Assembly (NCBI GenBank): GCA_963665745.1 | Contig: OY762443.1 | Span: 2,182,301 to 2,246,300, forward strand | Length of the DNA: 64,000 nt | Direction of reading: 5' to 3' | Source of the DNA: Dehalococcoidia bacterium | Lineage (GTDB): Bacteria; Chloroflexota; Dehalococcoidia; Lucifugimonadales; VXLM01 | Shown here: positions 9,537-20,052 of the stretch, piece by piece | Layout: every line of letters begins with the position of its first letter | Position numbering within the stretch: the first letter of the stretch is position 1 | The notes under the pieces: model-generated | Database searches by the model: none | What the model was told of the DNA's origin: nothing | What the model saw: only the letters and a program-made list of their open reading frames with translations | Position numbers and translations under genes: made by a program

Positions 9537-11576
9537 CTACCCCTCGTCCGGCTGCACGCTGGGCACGTGGAGGAAGTAGGCATGGCGACGCCATAGATTG
9601 ACTCCCGTCAGCTTGAGCGTCACCGTCGTTCCCGGCTCAATGGTGTTAGGCAGATCCGCGCGGGCGCGGAACGGGTACTCATCGAGGTCGAGCGCGGCCA
9701 GACGACGAGGCTCGTTCTCCAAGACATAGGCCGTGAAGTGGTCGGCATCGTCAGGCGCGCCGAGTCGCGTTAGCATGAGGAATTTCAAGAACCAGTACCG
9801 CCGCCGCGCCTCCTCGATCCGGGACAGGTCCCGCATCTGCATCTCGGCGCGTTTGGCCACCGATGAAATGTCATCGGCTGAGTAGACCGGCTCACCTGAG
9901 GCAAGAAAGTGGCTGATCTGCCGCTGCATCACGAGGTCGGGATACCGTCGCAGGGGAGAAGTGGCCTGGATGTAGGCATCTACGCCGAGTCCGACGTGCG
10001 GCGTCGGAGTCACACTGATGACGGCAGGCGAGAACCTGCGCATGAGCCGGTATCGCTGAAGGCGGGTCAATGGGCGCAGGACTCCATCCTCGTCGTACAG
10101 GTCGAGGTCGGCAACATCCGGCGCTGACTGCGATCTGTACGAAGCAGGAAGGTCGTTGGCCTTGCAGTAGTCGGCCATCAAAGAGTTGCACAGCACCATC
10201 ATCTCCGATACGAGGTCGCGCGCCGGGGTGCTCCGAGCCACCACCCGCACTTCGATGTCCGTCGGTGTGGTGACCTTGATGATCATCTCTTCGCGATTGA
10301 CGTTGATCGCGCCCGCCTGTTCTCGCCGTGCAAGGAGCGCCTGAGCGAGGTCGTTCAGTGGTTGCAGGACGTGGCGCCACTTGTGGGACTCGTCCGCAAT
10401 CGCGGCGTCCGCCTCGACGTAGGAGATAGCGACCCGGCTGCGTATCAGAGAAGGCTTGATCTCGTAGTCCTGCACCTGCCCCGATTCGTCGATGTTGACT
10501 AGCAGGCTCACCGCCGGCCGTACTTGGTCGGGATCGAGACTGCCGACGCCGTGGACGAATTCCGGCGGGAGCATCGGTATCGAGCGCTCAGGGAGGTAGA
10601 GGGTCGCCATCCTCCTGTCCGCCTCGGTGTTCATGGCCCCGTCGAACGGCACGACCGCGCCGGCGTCCGCGATGTGAATTCCGACGCGGTATCCGCCGTC
10701 GACCATCTCCAGAGAGAGCGCGTCGTCGCGGTCTCGTGTGTCCGCGTCGTCGATGGTGAAGGTCTCGAGGTCCGTCAGGTCGAGCCGCTCCCGGTCGTCC
10801 GAGAGAGAGTTTTGTGGAATAGCCTCGGCCTCTTCGAGCGCGGCTTTGGGGAAATCCTCCTCGATCTCGGAGCGATGCAGCTCCAGCGGCTCGTCCTCCG
10901 AGAAGACCCCCGCGCCCACGAGCAGGTCGAATGCCCTGCGCTGGAGATCGCGAGTCCCGTCCGACGCATCGTGCAGCAAGCTGTGCGCGGCATAGCTGCG
11001 GGTATACTCGTCGCCATGTACGGCGAACTCTCGAATGTGCCCTAGGAGGCCCTCATGCAGCCGCGACATGGGATCGGGGAGATATCCCGCCTTCAGCGCG
11101 GCCATGAGAGTTCTGGCGGCCTCGGCATTCTCCGCCTCCCGCCGCCGCCGGGCGCGAAGAGCTTCAAGGTCCTCTTCCGTACGCGGGACGTGCCCGCCGT
11201 CTTGCTGCACAAAGTAGTCGGAGCCGTGGTCGAGGTGCAGCGTCAGAGCAACCATCTCGGCCGACCCCACGCCGCTGTCGTAGTACAGGTCGGCGATCTC
11301 CTCGACGGTCATCACGACCTGCTCGTCTGCCGTAACCTCCCAGACTTCGGACAGGTCTATCCCCTTGGCCGCTTTCTCTGCCCCGTCGCGGAATTCGAGG
11401 AACCCTTCGTAGTCACGCGGTACTATGCCCGTCGCGTACAACACGCGATCGGCGGGCAGCTTGGCCTGCTTGTTGCGCCCAAGCGCGAGGGTGACGCGCG
11501 ACGGCGTCCTGTCCACGTAGCGCAGGACGGTTGCTCCCTGGTTCAGTCGCGCGACTACGATCTCGTCCGGTTCCAT
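9537..11576 (-). CDS. RNase II / RNase R family 3'-5' exoribonuclease (RNB domain)
   Basis: RNB motifs: TIDDADTRDRDDALS, HIADA, ATSPLRRYPDLVMQRQ. The ATG at 11576 follows GAGGGG. The ORF track begins at a TTG at 11588. Confidence 0.8.
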   Translation of the reverse strand: MEPDEIVVARLNQGATVLRYVDRTPSRVTLALGRNKQAKLPADRVLYATGIVPRDYEGFLEFRDGAEKAAKGIDLSEVWEVTADEQVVMTVEEIADLYYDSGVGSAEMVALTLHLDHGSDYFVQQDGGHVPRTEEDLEALRARRRREAENAEAARTLMAALKAGYLPDPMSRLHEGLLGHIREFAVHGDEYTRSYAAHSLLHDASDGTRDLQRRAFDLLVGAGVFSEDEPLELHRSEIEEDFPKAALEEAEAIPQNSLSDDRERLDLTDLETFTIDDADTRDRDDALSLEMVDGGYRVGIHIADAGAVVPFDGAMNTEADRRMATLYLPERSIPMLPPEFVHGVGSLDPDQVRPAVSLLVNIDESGQVQDYEIKPSLIRSRVAISYVEADAAIADESHKWRHVLQPLNDLAQALLARREQAGAINVNREEMIIKVTTPTDIEVRVVARSTPARDLVSEMMVLCNSLMADYCKANDLPASYRSQSAPDVADLDLYDEDGVLRPLTRLQRYRLMRRFSPAVISVTPTPHVGLGVDAYIQATSPLRRYPDLVMQRQISHFLASGEPVYSADDISSVAKRAEMQMRDLSRIEEARRRYWFLKFLMLTRLGAPDDADHFTAYVLENEPRRLAALDLDEYPFRARADLPNTIEPGTTVTLKLTGVNLWRRHAYFLHVPSVQPDEG

Positions 11577-11584
11577 GGTTCCCC

Positions 11585-12262
11585 TCAAGTAGGAGGCGCT
11601 TCCGTCTGGGATGGCTGATCCGGGTCGCCGGACGGGTCAATGGCGGCTTTGTCTTTTCCGTTTCTCAAGCCTGTTAAGGGCTTTGCGACGCCCATGAGGA
11701 GCCGCAGCACAAACTCCAATGCTATGAGGAATACCAGATAGTAGAAAATGGTTTCGCCGTAATCTCCCGTCACTCTCAGCCTGTTCAGGGAGTCCGAAAC
11801 GGAGGAGAAAGACGCATTGATAAGCAAAGCGCTCAGTACGGCGAAAGGCAGGATCTTGGCTAGGTCCCGCGCTAGGTCTTCCTTGTAATACGCCGTGACA
11901 CGGATGGCGCCGACCGTGACAAGGGCTATCAGCAGCGTTTCCGAGAAGCCCTGCTCTTTCGACAGGAAGGCCAAAATCACCGTGAGAACCGCGAACCATA
12001 AGAACGCGATTACCGGAAACAGAAGAAGATATTTGACGACATAGAGAATGAGGTGCAGGAGAGACTTCGCCCAACGGAAGCTCAGTCCTTCATACTTGGC
12101 CAGGTCCAACTCAAATACGTCCCGAGCGGCTATGAATCGATAGAACTTGAATACGAAGATCGCATAGATGGACATGCCCAGAACGTAAATCGACGCGGGC
12201 CCCAAGAGGTCCAGCGCGTCATTGATATCCAATCCCTTGCTAAAGATGTCGCTAATGTCCAT
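11585..12262 (-). CDS. Hypothetical polytopic membrane protein
   Basis: Several hydrophobic helices and no family recognised. Its stop lies within about 10 nt of the downstream RNase II-family start. Confidence 0.5.
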   Translation of the reverse strand: MDISDIFSKGLDINDALDLLGPASIYVLGMSIYAIFVFKFYRFIAARDVFELDLAKYEGLSFRWAKSLLHLILYVVKYLLLFPVIAFLWFAVLTVILAFLSKEQGFSETLLIALVTVGAIRVTAYYKEDLARDLAKILPFAVLSALLINASFSSVSDSLNRLRVTGDYGETIFYYLVFLIALEFVLRLLMGVAKPLTGLRNGKDKAAIDPSGDPDQPSQTEAPPT

Positions 12263-12303
12263 TGCTAATGTCCGTCAAATTTCATGGTGGCGAGTTCCCC
12301 ACG

Positions 12304-13377
12304 TCAGGGCAATCGAGGGATCACCTCGTTCTTCAGGAGGGTGATCGAGCGCTCCCACTGCTCTCGCGGCTCCCACTCGTGGCCCATCGTCAGGAGGATG
12401 CCGAAGCCGCCGACGTTGTGGTATAGCTCTTCTAGCCGCTCGACCACGTGGTCGGGGCTGCCGACGATGAAGATGTTGTCGAGGACGTAATCCAGCGTGA
12501 CGTCGGAGTCGGGCATGTCGGGGTCGTCCTTCAGCAGGTCGATCCGCTTGGTGTACGGCAGCATCCGCATGAAATACTGCGCGAAGTCGCGGGCAAGGGT
12601 GCCCTCCATGACCTCCTTCCGGGCCTGCTCGGTGGTCTCGGCGACGTAGACCTCCCGGGCGATGCGCCACGCGGACCGGTCGGGGACGCGCCCCGTCTTC
12701 TCCGCGCCTCTCTCCACGGCCTCCCAGTGTGTGCCGATCACGGAGGGAGGAACGATGTTGATGCTCATGGGAATGAAACCGCGCTCACCCGCAACTACGA
12801 GCGTACCCGAGTTGGGAGACACGCCCGCGACGCCGATGGGCGGGTGGGGAAGCTGGTACGGACGAACGTGAAGGTCGAGGCCGATCTCGCCAATCGTCTC
12901 CGGCACGTTGAAGTCCCAGTACTTGCTCTTGTACCGGCCCGGCTTGGGGTCCTGCCAGAGTTGCAGCACGAGTTCCAAGGACTCGCGCGACATGGCGAGA
13001 TGCTCTCCCTTGCTCGGATCGAAGCCGAATACTTCGAAGTCTCCAACGAAACCCCCGGAGCCGACTCCCCAGTGGAAACGTCCCTTGGCCATGTGGTCGA
13101 GTTGCGCGATGCGGTGCGCCAGCATGAAGGGATTGTGGTTCGGCAGGCAAGAGACGCCGGTCCCAAAAATGATGTTGTCGGTCAGTCCGAGAGCTTGCGC
13201 GATGAAGAGGTCGGGCGCCGGGATGTTCTCCCACTGGGCCGTGAAGTGCTCGCCGATCCAAGCCTCGCGGTATCCCAGCCTATCGAGCGTGATCATCTGC
13301 TGCATGTCGTGTTCGAGCGTCTCGGTAAGGTTAGAGCCGGGCGGGTGCAGCGGCATCGTGAAATAGCCCAGTTCCAT
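12304..13377 (-). CDS. LLM-class (luciferase-like) flavin-dependent oxidoreductase
   Basis: N-terminus MELGYFTMPLHPPGS..LDRLGYREAWIGEHF is typical of luciferase-like monooxygenases. Confidence 0.8.
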   Translation of the reverse strand: MELGYFTMPLHPPGSNLTETLEHDMQQMITLDRLGYREAWIGEHFTAQWENIPAPDLFIAQALGLTDNIIFGTGVSCLPNHNPFMLAHRIAQLDHMAKGRFHWGVGSGGFVGDFEVFGFDPSKGEHLAMSRESLELVLQLWQDPKPGRYKSKYWDFNVPETIGEIGLDLHVRPYQLPHPPIGVAGVSPNSGTLVVAGERGFIPMSINIVPPSVIGTHWEAVERGAEKTGRVPDRSAWRIAREVYVAETTEQARKEVMEGTLARDFAQYFMRMLPYTKRIDLLKDDPDMPDSDVTLDYVLDNIFIVGSPDHVVERLEELYHNVGGFGILLTMGHEWEPREQWERSITLLKNEVIPRLP

Positions 13378-13419
13378 GTTCGTTCCTCCAATCGTTTTCT
13401 CAGTGCGGATGGTACCACT

Positions 13420-14313
13420 TTAGGTTGACAGTGACACGGCCCGGTCGAATCGCCGAATGACGATTCCGCCGATGATGAACACTAACCCGATCACCGACGA
13501 CAATAGAATCGTCTCCCCGACGATGACGGCGATCAGCGCGAGCGACACGAACGGCGAGAGGAAGACGAGATTGCTGACCTGTGCGGTCGTTCGTGAGAGC
13601 GACAGCGCGCGCATCCAGAGCACGAAGGTTATCCCCATCTCAAACACCCCCGCGTAGGCCGATCCCCCGATGCCGCGCAGGTCCAGGGAAGGCGGCCCCG
13701 CCAGCACGAACGCGGCGATGGCCACGAACACCAGCCCGAAGGAGAAGCTCAGCAGTAGTTTGACGACCTCGTCGCGTCTGTCCCGGACGTTGGCCAGCCA
13801 GAACGTCGCCCAAATGAACGCGCTGCCTACAGCCAGCCCCGTGCCAAGCGGATCGCTGAACCGGAAGCCCAGCAGGTCGCCCCGCGTCGAGATCACCAGG
13901 ACGCCGAAGAAGCTCACGAGAATCGCGGCCAGAGATACCCGGCCAATCGGCTGCTTGAGTAATGGCACCGACAGGATGACAACTACCACGGGCCAGGTGT
14001 AGTTCAGGGGCTGCGCCTCCTGTGCGGGCAGACGGTCGTACGCCTCGAACAGGACGAGGTAGTACAGGAACGGGTTGAGGAACCCGAGCGCCGCCGACCG
14101 CAGGTACTGTTTCGGCGTACACGAGAAGACCTGTCCCAGCTTCCGCTGCCACGCCGCGACGACGAGGAACACTAGCACCGACACAAGCGTGGCGTACAGC
14201 AGCATGTGGGGTACTTCGACGTAGCGCAGCGACACCTTGAAGGCCGACGCCACGGTCGACCACATGAGCACGGCGCTTCCCGCGTATATGTAGGCCTTGG
14301 TCTGTCTGTCCAT
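13420..14313 (-). CDS. EamA/DMT family transporter
   Basis: Ten predicted TM helices in two EamA-like halves. The ATG at 14313 is preferred over the upstream extension. Confidence 0.75.
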   Translation of the reverse strand: MDRQTKAYIYAGSAVLMWSTVASAFKVSLRYVEVPHMLLYATLVSVLVFLVVAAWQRKLGQVFSCTPKQYLRSAALGFLNPFLYYLVLFEAYDRLPAQEAQPLNYTWPVVVVILSVPLLKQPIGRVSLAAILVSFFGVLVISTRGDLLGFRFSDPLGTGLAVGSAFIWATFWLANVRDRRDEVVKLLLSFSFGLVFVAIAAFVLAGPPSLDLRGIGGSAYAGVFEMGITFVLWMRALSLSRTTAQVSNLVFLSPFVSLALIAVIVGETILLSSVIGLVFIIGGIVIRRFDRAVSLST

Positions 14314-14412
14314 GGCATGGCGCTGCCCGGTTGGTGCCGAACATTGTAGTCGTTCGTATGAGCGATTTTCTGCTACACTCACACCGATTTCTGGCTGAAG
14401 GAGACCCTCGAC

Positions 14413-15276
14413 ATGGCCCGACTCACTATCCTCGGCGCAGGGACGCCAACTCCCACGCCTGCCCGGTACGGCACCTCATACGTGCTGGAGGTCGGCGGAG
14501 AGCAGATCATGGTCGACTGCGGCCCTGCCGCGACGCACAAGCTGGTCAAGGCCGGACTCTGGCCGACGAAGATCGACTACCTGTTCTTCACGCACCATCA
14601 CTTCGACCACGACGTCGACTACCCCTGCTTCCTGCTGACCCGGTGGGACCAGAGCATCGGCAAGGAGAACGTACTCCAAGTCTTCGGCCCAACGCTGACC
14701 GAGCAGTTGACCCACCGCATCCTCGACGAGAACGAGGGCGCGTTCTCCCATGACTGGAAGGCGCGCGTGAATCACCCGGCCAGCCAATTGGTATACGTGA
14801 ACCGCGGCGGCACGCCTCCACGTATGCCCCCGGAGGTGAGCGCCAAGGACATCACGGCGGGCAAGATATTCTCAGGCCCAAGCTGGGAGGTCACCGGAGC
14901 GGATGCCGTCCACGTCCAACCGTACCTCGACTCGCTGGCCTACCGCATCGACAGCGACGAGGGCAGCGTCGTCTTCACGGGGGATACCGAGCCATGCGAC
15001 GCCGTCACGAAGCTGGCCGAAGGGGCCGACCTCCTGATCACGATGTGCTGGGACGAGGAAGAGCACATGCACGAACAAGGCGAGCATCATGGGGCCATGG
15101 GCAACGTGGGCTCCGCGAAGATGGCCCAGGAGGCGGGCGTCAAGAAGCTGGTGCTAGCCCACGTGGGGCCGTACCTGGCGCAGCACCCGGTCATGGAAAA
15201 GGGCATCGGCGACGCGAAGAAACATTATGACGGCGACCTCGTATTCTCCGAGGAGCTGATGTCGTTCGAGATTTGA
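14413..15276 (+). CDS. MBL-fold metallo-hydrolase (RNase Z-like)
   Basis: The HHHFDHD metal-binding motif follows a beta-lactamase-fold N-terminus (LTILGAGTPTP). Confidence 0.75.
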   Translation: MARLTILGAGTPTPTPARYGTSYVLEVGGEQIMVDCGPAATHKLVKAGLWPTKIDYLFFTHHHFDHDVDYPCFLLTRWDQSIGKENVLQVFGPTLTEQLTHRILDENEGAFSHDWKARVNHPASQLVYVNRGGTPPRMPPEVSAKDITAGKIFSGPSWEVTGADAVHVQPYLDSLAYRIDSDEGSVVFTGDTEPCDAVTKLAEGADLLITMCWDEEEHMHEQGEHHGAMGNVGSAKMAQEAGVKKLVLAHVGPYLAQHPVMEKGIGDAKKHYDGDLVFSEELMSFEI

Positions 15277-15300
15277 GGCTCCGACGAGATCTCGCGCGGC

Positions 15301-16845
15301 CTACTCGTACCGCACGTCGACCCTGACCTGCCGGAGCACGAGGTCATCTTTGCGGGCGGGGTCTTCGGACACGAGCTTGACCTCGACCGTGTTCATTCCC
15401 CTCTGGAGCATGGTCCGCGCGAGGTTGTAGCCGAGGGTCTCTCCCGGAAGCTCCTCGGTCTTCGTCTCGGACGGGTACTTGTTCCACCCTTCCTCGTAGA
15501 AGACGTGTGTCCAGCCGTCTCCCTTCGCGGGAGCGTCCGAAAGCGCCAGCCCGTTGACGACGACTTCGACCACGTCGTTCTCGGCGAGGCCGCCGAACCT
15601 GAGTCCGAGGGTCGTGTGCGCGTTCCGAAAGCTCTCCGGCATGTCCATCGCGACCTTGACGCCCGATCCGGTTTCGGTACGGCGCAGGGTCACGGGAAGC
15701 TGAGCGCGCGGAATCGCGTTGAGGAACGTGAGATGAAGATGCGAGGTCGGGACGAAGCGAGTGCGGTCGTCGGTCTGGTAGCGTTTGTCCATGCGGCGGA
15801 GACCGTCGCGGTCGATGAGGTCTCCAAGCACGCGACACTTCCACTCCTGCGGCATCGAGTAGAAGTTGAACAGGTATAGGCCGTCTACACCGGCGTCCCA
15901 GTACCGCGCCGCAATTGCTCGCAGCGTCAACTCGTCCACGGCGGGACGGTACGCCTCCAGGCAGCCGTAGATGAGCGTTTCCGTGCCCTCGGCCAGGTCC
16001 ACGAACTCCCTGATGGGCATCTCGAACGGGATGAACCCGCCGCCCGCCACGACCACGTCGACCAGATAGGAATCGACCCACTCGCGGATGTCGAGGCCCA
16101 GTCGCTCGCAGCGCTCGATGGTCGCGGGAACGCGCACCATCAGGTCGAGTCCCTTGCCCCGCTCCTCGCCGATCTCGTCCATCCGTCGGCGTATCTTCTC
16201 GACCATGTCGGTCATCAGGTAGCGGTTGGAGTACGCCTCCTCGATGTTGAAGTGGGTAGGGTGGCGAAAGAAGTCGAGCTCCACGCCTTCGACGTCCCAG
16301 CGTTCAACCGTCTCCAGGACGATGGAACTCATGTAGTCCCTGACCTCGGGCAGGGCATAGTCGAGGCCCGTGCTGACTCCCCACTCCATGCTCGGCTCCG
16401 GCAGGTACTTGCCCCTGCCGATGGTGAGTTCCGGGCGCTCGCGGCGCAGCTTGCCGAAGGCAGGGTCGTCAAGGTCGATGTCGTAGTGCTCGTTCATGCG
16501 CACGGAGGGGAGGAAGTCCATGCCGAGGCGGTGGCACTGCTCGGTCATCACGGACATGGGGCCGCCGTGGTGGTCGATCATGTGCCGGAGGTTGTTGCCT
16601 CGATTGCGCTGGCGCTGGTCGCCCCGCTCGGCGTAGGCCTCCGACGTGCGCTCTCCGATGTCGGTCTCGTAGTCGTACACGTCGTGACCGCCCACGGAGT
16701 ACAGCCAGCCGTCCACCGGAGACCCCTCGTGCGGCTGGATCATGTTCCACCACATGATGTCCGGCGTCAGGGGCGGCTTGGTCTCCGCCATGATCCATGC
16801 GTCGTCGTTGTCGTAGATTCGCCGTACTTTCCCGCTGCGTGGCAT
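15301..16845 (-). CDS. Hypothetical protein, possibly a TIM-barrel glycoside-hydrolase-like fold
   Basis: Long ORF with normal composition. VEGVELDFFRHP and LDYALPEVRDY resemble hypothetical glycosyl-hydrolase-like families. The function call is weak. Confidence 0.45.
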   Translation of the reverse strand: MPRSGKVRRIYDNDDAWIMAETKPPLTPDIMWWNMIQPHEGSPVDGWLYSVGGHDVYDYETDIGERTSEAYAERGDQRQRNRGNNLRHMIDHHGGPMSVMTEQCHRLGMDFLPSVRMNEHYDIDLDDPAFGKLRRERPELTIGRGKYLPEPSMEWGVSTGLDYALPEVRDYMSSIVLETVERWDVEGVELDFFRHPTHFNIEEAYSNRYLMTDMVEKIRRRMDEIGEERGKGLDLMVRVPATIERCERLGLDIREWVDSYLVDVVVAGGGFIPFEMPIREFVDLAEGTETLIYGCLEAYRPAVDELTLRAIAARYWDAGVDGLYLFNFYSMPQEWKCRVLGDLIDRDGLRRMDKRYQTDDRTRFVPTSHLHLTFLNAIPRAQLPVTLRRTETGSGVKVAMDMPESFRNAHTTLGLRFGGLAENDVVEVVVNGLALSDAPAKGDGWTHVFYEEGWNKYPSETKTEELPGETLGYNLARTMLQRGMNTVEVKLVSEDPARKDDLVLRQVRVDVRYE

Positions 16846-16881
16846 GAAAGTAGTCCCGCCTTGTCCTTTGGGTTGTGTGTC

Positions 16882-17853
16882 CTAGCGGTATCGCATCCGC
16901 ATCATCTGCATCATCTGTCCCTGATCGTTGATTTCCTCGTCTCGAATCTCGCGTCCGGTCAGGTGAAGGAACACGTCGTCCAGAGTGGGCCGCCGCAGGC
17001 CGATGGACTGGATGCCGCCTTCGTAGCTCTGCACGAACCGGGGCAGAAACGACTCGCCGTTGGGGACTCGCACGGTGATCGCGCCGTCTCGAATCTCCGG
17101 TTCGAGGGAATGCCTGTCGCGCAGCTCCTCCTCTGCGTGCGAGATGTCGTCCGTCCGCAGCGTAAGCAGATCGCCTCCCACCTGGCTCTTGAGATTGTCC
17201 GGCGTGTCGAGGGCTACGATCTCGCCGTGGTCGATGACGGCGATGCGGTCGCAGTTCTCGGCCTCGTCCATGTAGTGGGTCGTCAGGAATATCGTCAGGT
17301 CTTCCTCACGGCGCAGGTCGCGAATGTACTCCCATATGCGATTGCGCGTCTGCGGATCGAGGCCCAGGGTCGGCTCATCGAGGAACAGCACGCGCGGGAG
17401 GTGAATGAGCCCCCTGGCGATCTCCAGCCTTCGCTTCATGCCGCCTGAGTAAGTACGGATGTGGCCCTTGCGACGGTCCCAAAGTCCCATCAGGCTGAGA
17501 AGCGCCTTCGTCCGCTCTTGGCGGACCTTCTTCGGGACGCCGTAGGCCATGGCGTGAAACATGATGTTCTGCTCGGCCGTCAGGTAGTCGTCAAGCGTCG
17601 TGTCTTGGAAGACGAGTCCGATGGAGCGGCGGACGTCGTTCTTCTCGCGGACGATGTCGTGACCGTTGACCGTTCCCCCGCCCCCTCCCGGCTTGACGAG
17701 CGTGCAGAGCATGTTGATCGTGGTGGTCTTGCCCGCGCCGTTCGGTCCCAGGAATCCGAAGATCTCCCCGGCTTCCACGTCGAACGACACGCCCTTTACG
17801 GCTTCGATCTTCCCGTAGCTCTTGGCAAGGTCTTGGACCGAGATTATCGACAT
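16882..17853 (-). CDS. ABC-2 type (DrrA/CcmA-like) transporter ATP-binding protein
   Basis: Walker [10 protein letters not shown], signature [12 protein letters not shown] and Walker B LFLDEPT. The ATG at 17853 (MSIISVQDL) is preferred. Confidence 0.85.
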   Translation of the reverse strand: MSIISVQDLAKSYGKIEAVKGVSFDVEAGEIFGFLGPNGAGKTTTINMLCTLVKPGGGGGTVNGHDIVREKNDVRRSIGLVFQDTTLDDYLTAEQNIMFHAMAYGVPKKVRQERTKALLSLMGLWDRRKGHIRTYSGGMKRRLEIARGLIHLPRVLFLDEPTLGLDPQTRNRIWEYIRDLRREEDLTIFLTTHYMDEAENCDRIAVIDHGEIVALDTPDNLKSQVGGDLLTLRTDDISHAEEELRDRHSLEPEIRDGAITVRVPNGESFLPRFVQSYEGGIQSIGLRRPTLDDVFLHLTGREIRDEEINDQGQMMQMMRMRYR

Positions 17854-17942
17854 GGCGAGGTATTCGTAGAAAGTATAGGGCAGGGCGTTGATATAATACG
17901 TGCAGCCGACCATCAGCCTATCACACATCGAGGGGCGCGGAC

Positions 17943-18203
17943 ATGAGCGATTTCGGACTGAACGTCAAGGGCGAGACCGGTAGCCGAAGGGTGGAACTGG
18001 AGTGCGAGCACCAAAACGGTCTCGTGTATGTCGTTCGAGCGGAGAAGAACTGGGTCTGCTCCGATGACCTCCTCCACGTACATTCTCTCGCCGGGTTCTT
18101 CAGGGAACTGGCGGAGATGGAAGACCCTCACGTGCGGGAGGTCATGCAGCGGTGGGGGGTCTACTACCGGAGCCGCCCCCTCGCAGAGCAGGCGAACGAA
18201 TAG
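17943..18203 (+). CDS. Hypothetical small protein
   Basis: An 86-aa ORF in an otherwise empty intergenic space. No recognisable motif. Confidence 0.3.
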   Translation: MSDFGLNVKGETGSRRVELECEHQNGLVYVVRAEKNWVCSDDLLHVHSLAGFFRELAEMEDPHVREVMQRWGVYYRSRPLAEQANE

Positions 18204-18228
18204 GCGTAGCGTTCAGAAGTGAGCAGCA

Positions 18229-19089
18229 ATGGGTGAAGCCGAGATAGCGTTCATCGGAGGTTCCGGGCTGTACGACCTCGACGGCCTGACGGACGCCGAG
18301 CAGGTCACCATAGACACCCCGTTCGGCCCGCCGAGTGATACCGTTACGATAGGAACCCTTCAGGGACGGCGCGTTGCCTTCCTCTCTCGTCACGGGAAGG
18401 GGCACCGCCACCTGCCGGGCGAGATACCCTTCCGGGCCAACATCTACGCGCTCAAGTTATTGGGCGTCGAGCGCATCATTTCGATCAGCGCGGTTGGAAG
18501 CCTGCAAGAGGGCATCGCGCCGCTCGACATGGTCGTGCCTGACCAGATCATCGACCGGACCCGTGGTCGCGTCAGTACCTTCTTTGGGGACGGCGTTGCC
18601 GCGCACGTCGGATTCGCCGAACCCTTCTGCCCGGAGCTCCGACAAGACCTCGTGGCGACCGTAAACAGCAGGTCGGTCACCGTCCACGACGGAGGCGTCT
18701 ACGTCGTCATGGAAGGACCGCAGTTCTCCACTCGCGCCGAGTCCAACCTCTATCGCTCGTGGGGCGCAAGTATCATCGGAATGACCGCCCTGCCGGAGGC
18801 CAAACTGGCCCGCGAGGCGGAGATCTGCTACGCGACTTTGGCGCTGGTGACGGACTACGACGTATGGCACCGGACGGAAGCCGAGGTATCGGTCGATCTC
18901 GTCATAGCGAACCTTATGAAGAACGTTGAGACCACGCAATCTCTCTTGCCCGACCTCGCCGCGCGCATCCCCGCTTCAAGGGCGTGCGTCTGTCAATCGG
19001 CCCTTGAACGCGCTATAATTACAAGCCACGACCTGATACCCGACGACGCGAAATCGAGGCTGTCGGCGATCATCGGTCGGTATCTGTAA
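18229..19089 (+). CDS. mtnP: S-methyl-5'-thioadenosine phosphorylase
   Basis: IGGSGLYDL..TPFGPPSD..VAFLSRHGKGH..RANIYALK..GV matches the MTAP family. Confidence 0.85.
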   Translation: MGEAEIAFIGGSGLYDLDGLTDAEQVTIDTPFGPPSDTVTIGTLQGRRVAFLSRHGKGHRHLPGEIPFRANIYALKLLGVERIISISAVGSLQEGIAPLDMVVPDQIIDRTRGRVSTFFGDGVAAHVGFAEPFCPELRQDLVATVNSRSVTVHDGGVYVVMEGPQFSTRAESNLYRSWGASIIGMTALPEAKLAREAEICYATLALVTDYDVWHRTEAEVSVDLVIANLMKNVETTQSLLPDLAARIPASRACVCQSALERAIITSHDLIPDDAKSRLSAIIGRYL

Positions 19090-19123
19090 CGCGAGAACTA
19101 CGTCGAGGGTGGAGGCGAAGAAG

Positions 19124-19477
19124 ATGCCGAGGAGAGAGGCAAACGAGCCTTACTACAGGCTCACCATCGCAGAGGCGGCCGAGATGTACGAGGACGACGA
19201 CACGGTCGTTGTGGACGTGCGCCGTGAGGACGAGTACCTGTCCGGACACGTAACGGGCGCACTGGCGATACCGGTCGACGACCTGCTGATGCGGATTGAG
19301 GAGCTACCGACGGACAAGAAGCTGCTCTTCATCTGTGCCCAGGGTGTGAGGAGCGGGCTTGCCGCCGAGATGGCCGGCGCCATGGGGGTTGATCCCGAAA
19401 GCCTGTACAACATCGAGGACGGCACGCCGGGGTGGATCGAGCAGGGCCTTCCCACGAGCTACGGCGCCGACGACTAG
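19124..19477 (+). CDS. Rhodanese-like domain protein
   Basis: VVDVRREDEYLSGHVTGALAIP and the active-site loop FICAQGVRSG. The ATG at 19124 lies behind a GGAGG. Confidence 0.7.
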   Translation: MPRREANEPYYRLTIAEAAEMYEDDDTVVVDVRREDEYLSGHVTGALAIPVDDLLMRIEELPTDKKLLFICAQGVRSGLAAEMAGAMGVDPESLYNIEDGTPGWIEQGLPTSYGADD

Positions 19478-19644
19478 GCCCATTCCGAGAGGGGCGCGTT
19501 GATGAACAAGCGGAAGCGCGAGGCGTGGAGGAAGCACCGCAAGCACCTAAGAAGCTCAAGACACGCCGCAAGGCCGAGCGCAAGCGGGTGAGCTAGCATT
19601 ACTCCGCACTTCCCCAGGCGGCGGCCGACAGTGTGCTTGGGTCA

Positions 19645-20022
19645 ATGAAGGAGACTGAAACGGTGACGGTGCAAGAGCATGTCGATACCGCGCGGGATTT
19701 TTTGGCCGCGTCCGACCGGGAGTTTCTGGACGGTGATGAGTTACAGGCGTCCGAGAAACTCTGGGGTGCGGCGTCGCATGCAATAATGGCGGTCGCCGAG
19801 CAGCGCGGCCTCAAGTACGGCAGGCATCGGCAGCTGCGAGAAATAGCGACCCAATTGGCCCAAGAGCACGGCGACCCGCTCATCGACAAAGGATTCAACG
19901 TTGCGGAGACCTTTCATCGCAACTTCTACCATGCCTTCATGGAAGAATATGAGATAGAGCAAAGTCGCCCGGAGGTTCACGAATTCACTGAGCGCGTCTT
20001 GGAGCTTGTCTCAGTCGCGTAG
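19645..20022 (+). CDS. All-helical HEPN-superfamily-like (PaREP1-type) protein
   Basis: ASEKLWGAASHAIMAVAEQRG and ETFHRNFYH resemble PaREP1/HEPN-like families. The start is ambiguous (GTG 19633, ATG 19645, GTG 19663). Confidence 0.4.
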   Translation: MKETETVTVQEHVDTARDFLAASDREFLDGDELQASEKLWGAASHAIMAVAEQRGLKYGRHRQLREIATQLAQEHGDPLIDKGFNVAETFHRNFYHAFMEEYEIEQSRPEVHEFTERVLELVSVA

Positions 20023-20052
20023 CATCCCGACACCAACCAACGGAGGAATACA

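Noticed and set aside
12448-13428. 326-aa plus-strand ORF
   Set aside because: Antisense to the LLM oxidoreductase gene, with biased Val/Gly/Arg/Asp composition.
16252-17448. 398-aa plus-strand ORF spanning the ABC ATPase and the TIM-barrel-like gene
   Set aside because: It crosses the boundary of two well-supported minus-strand genes. Val/Ala/His/Gly-rich composition with no motifs.
19502-19591. 29-codon highly basic ORF (MNKRKREAWRKHRKHLRSS...) with a second basic reading (APKKLKTRRKAERKRVS) in the +1 frame
   Set aside because: It is too short and compositionally trivial to support. The apparent frameshift-joined basic peptide is speculative. Ribosome profiling or homology evidence would be needed.
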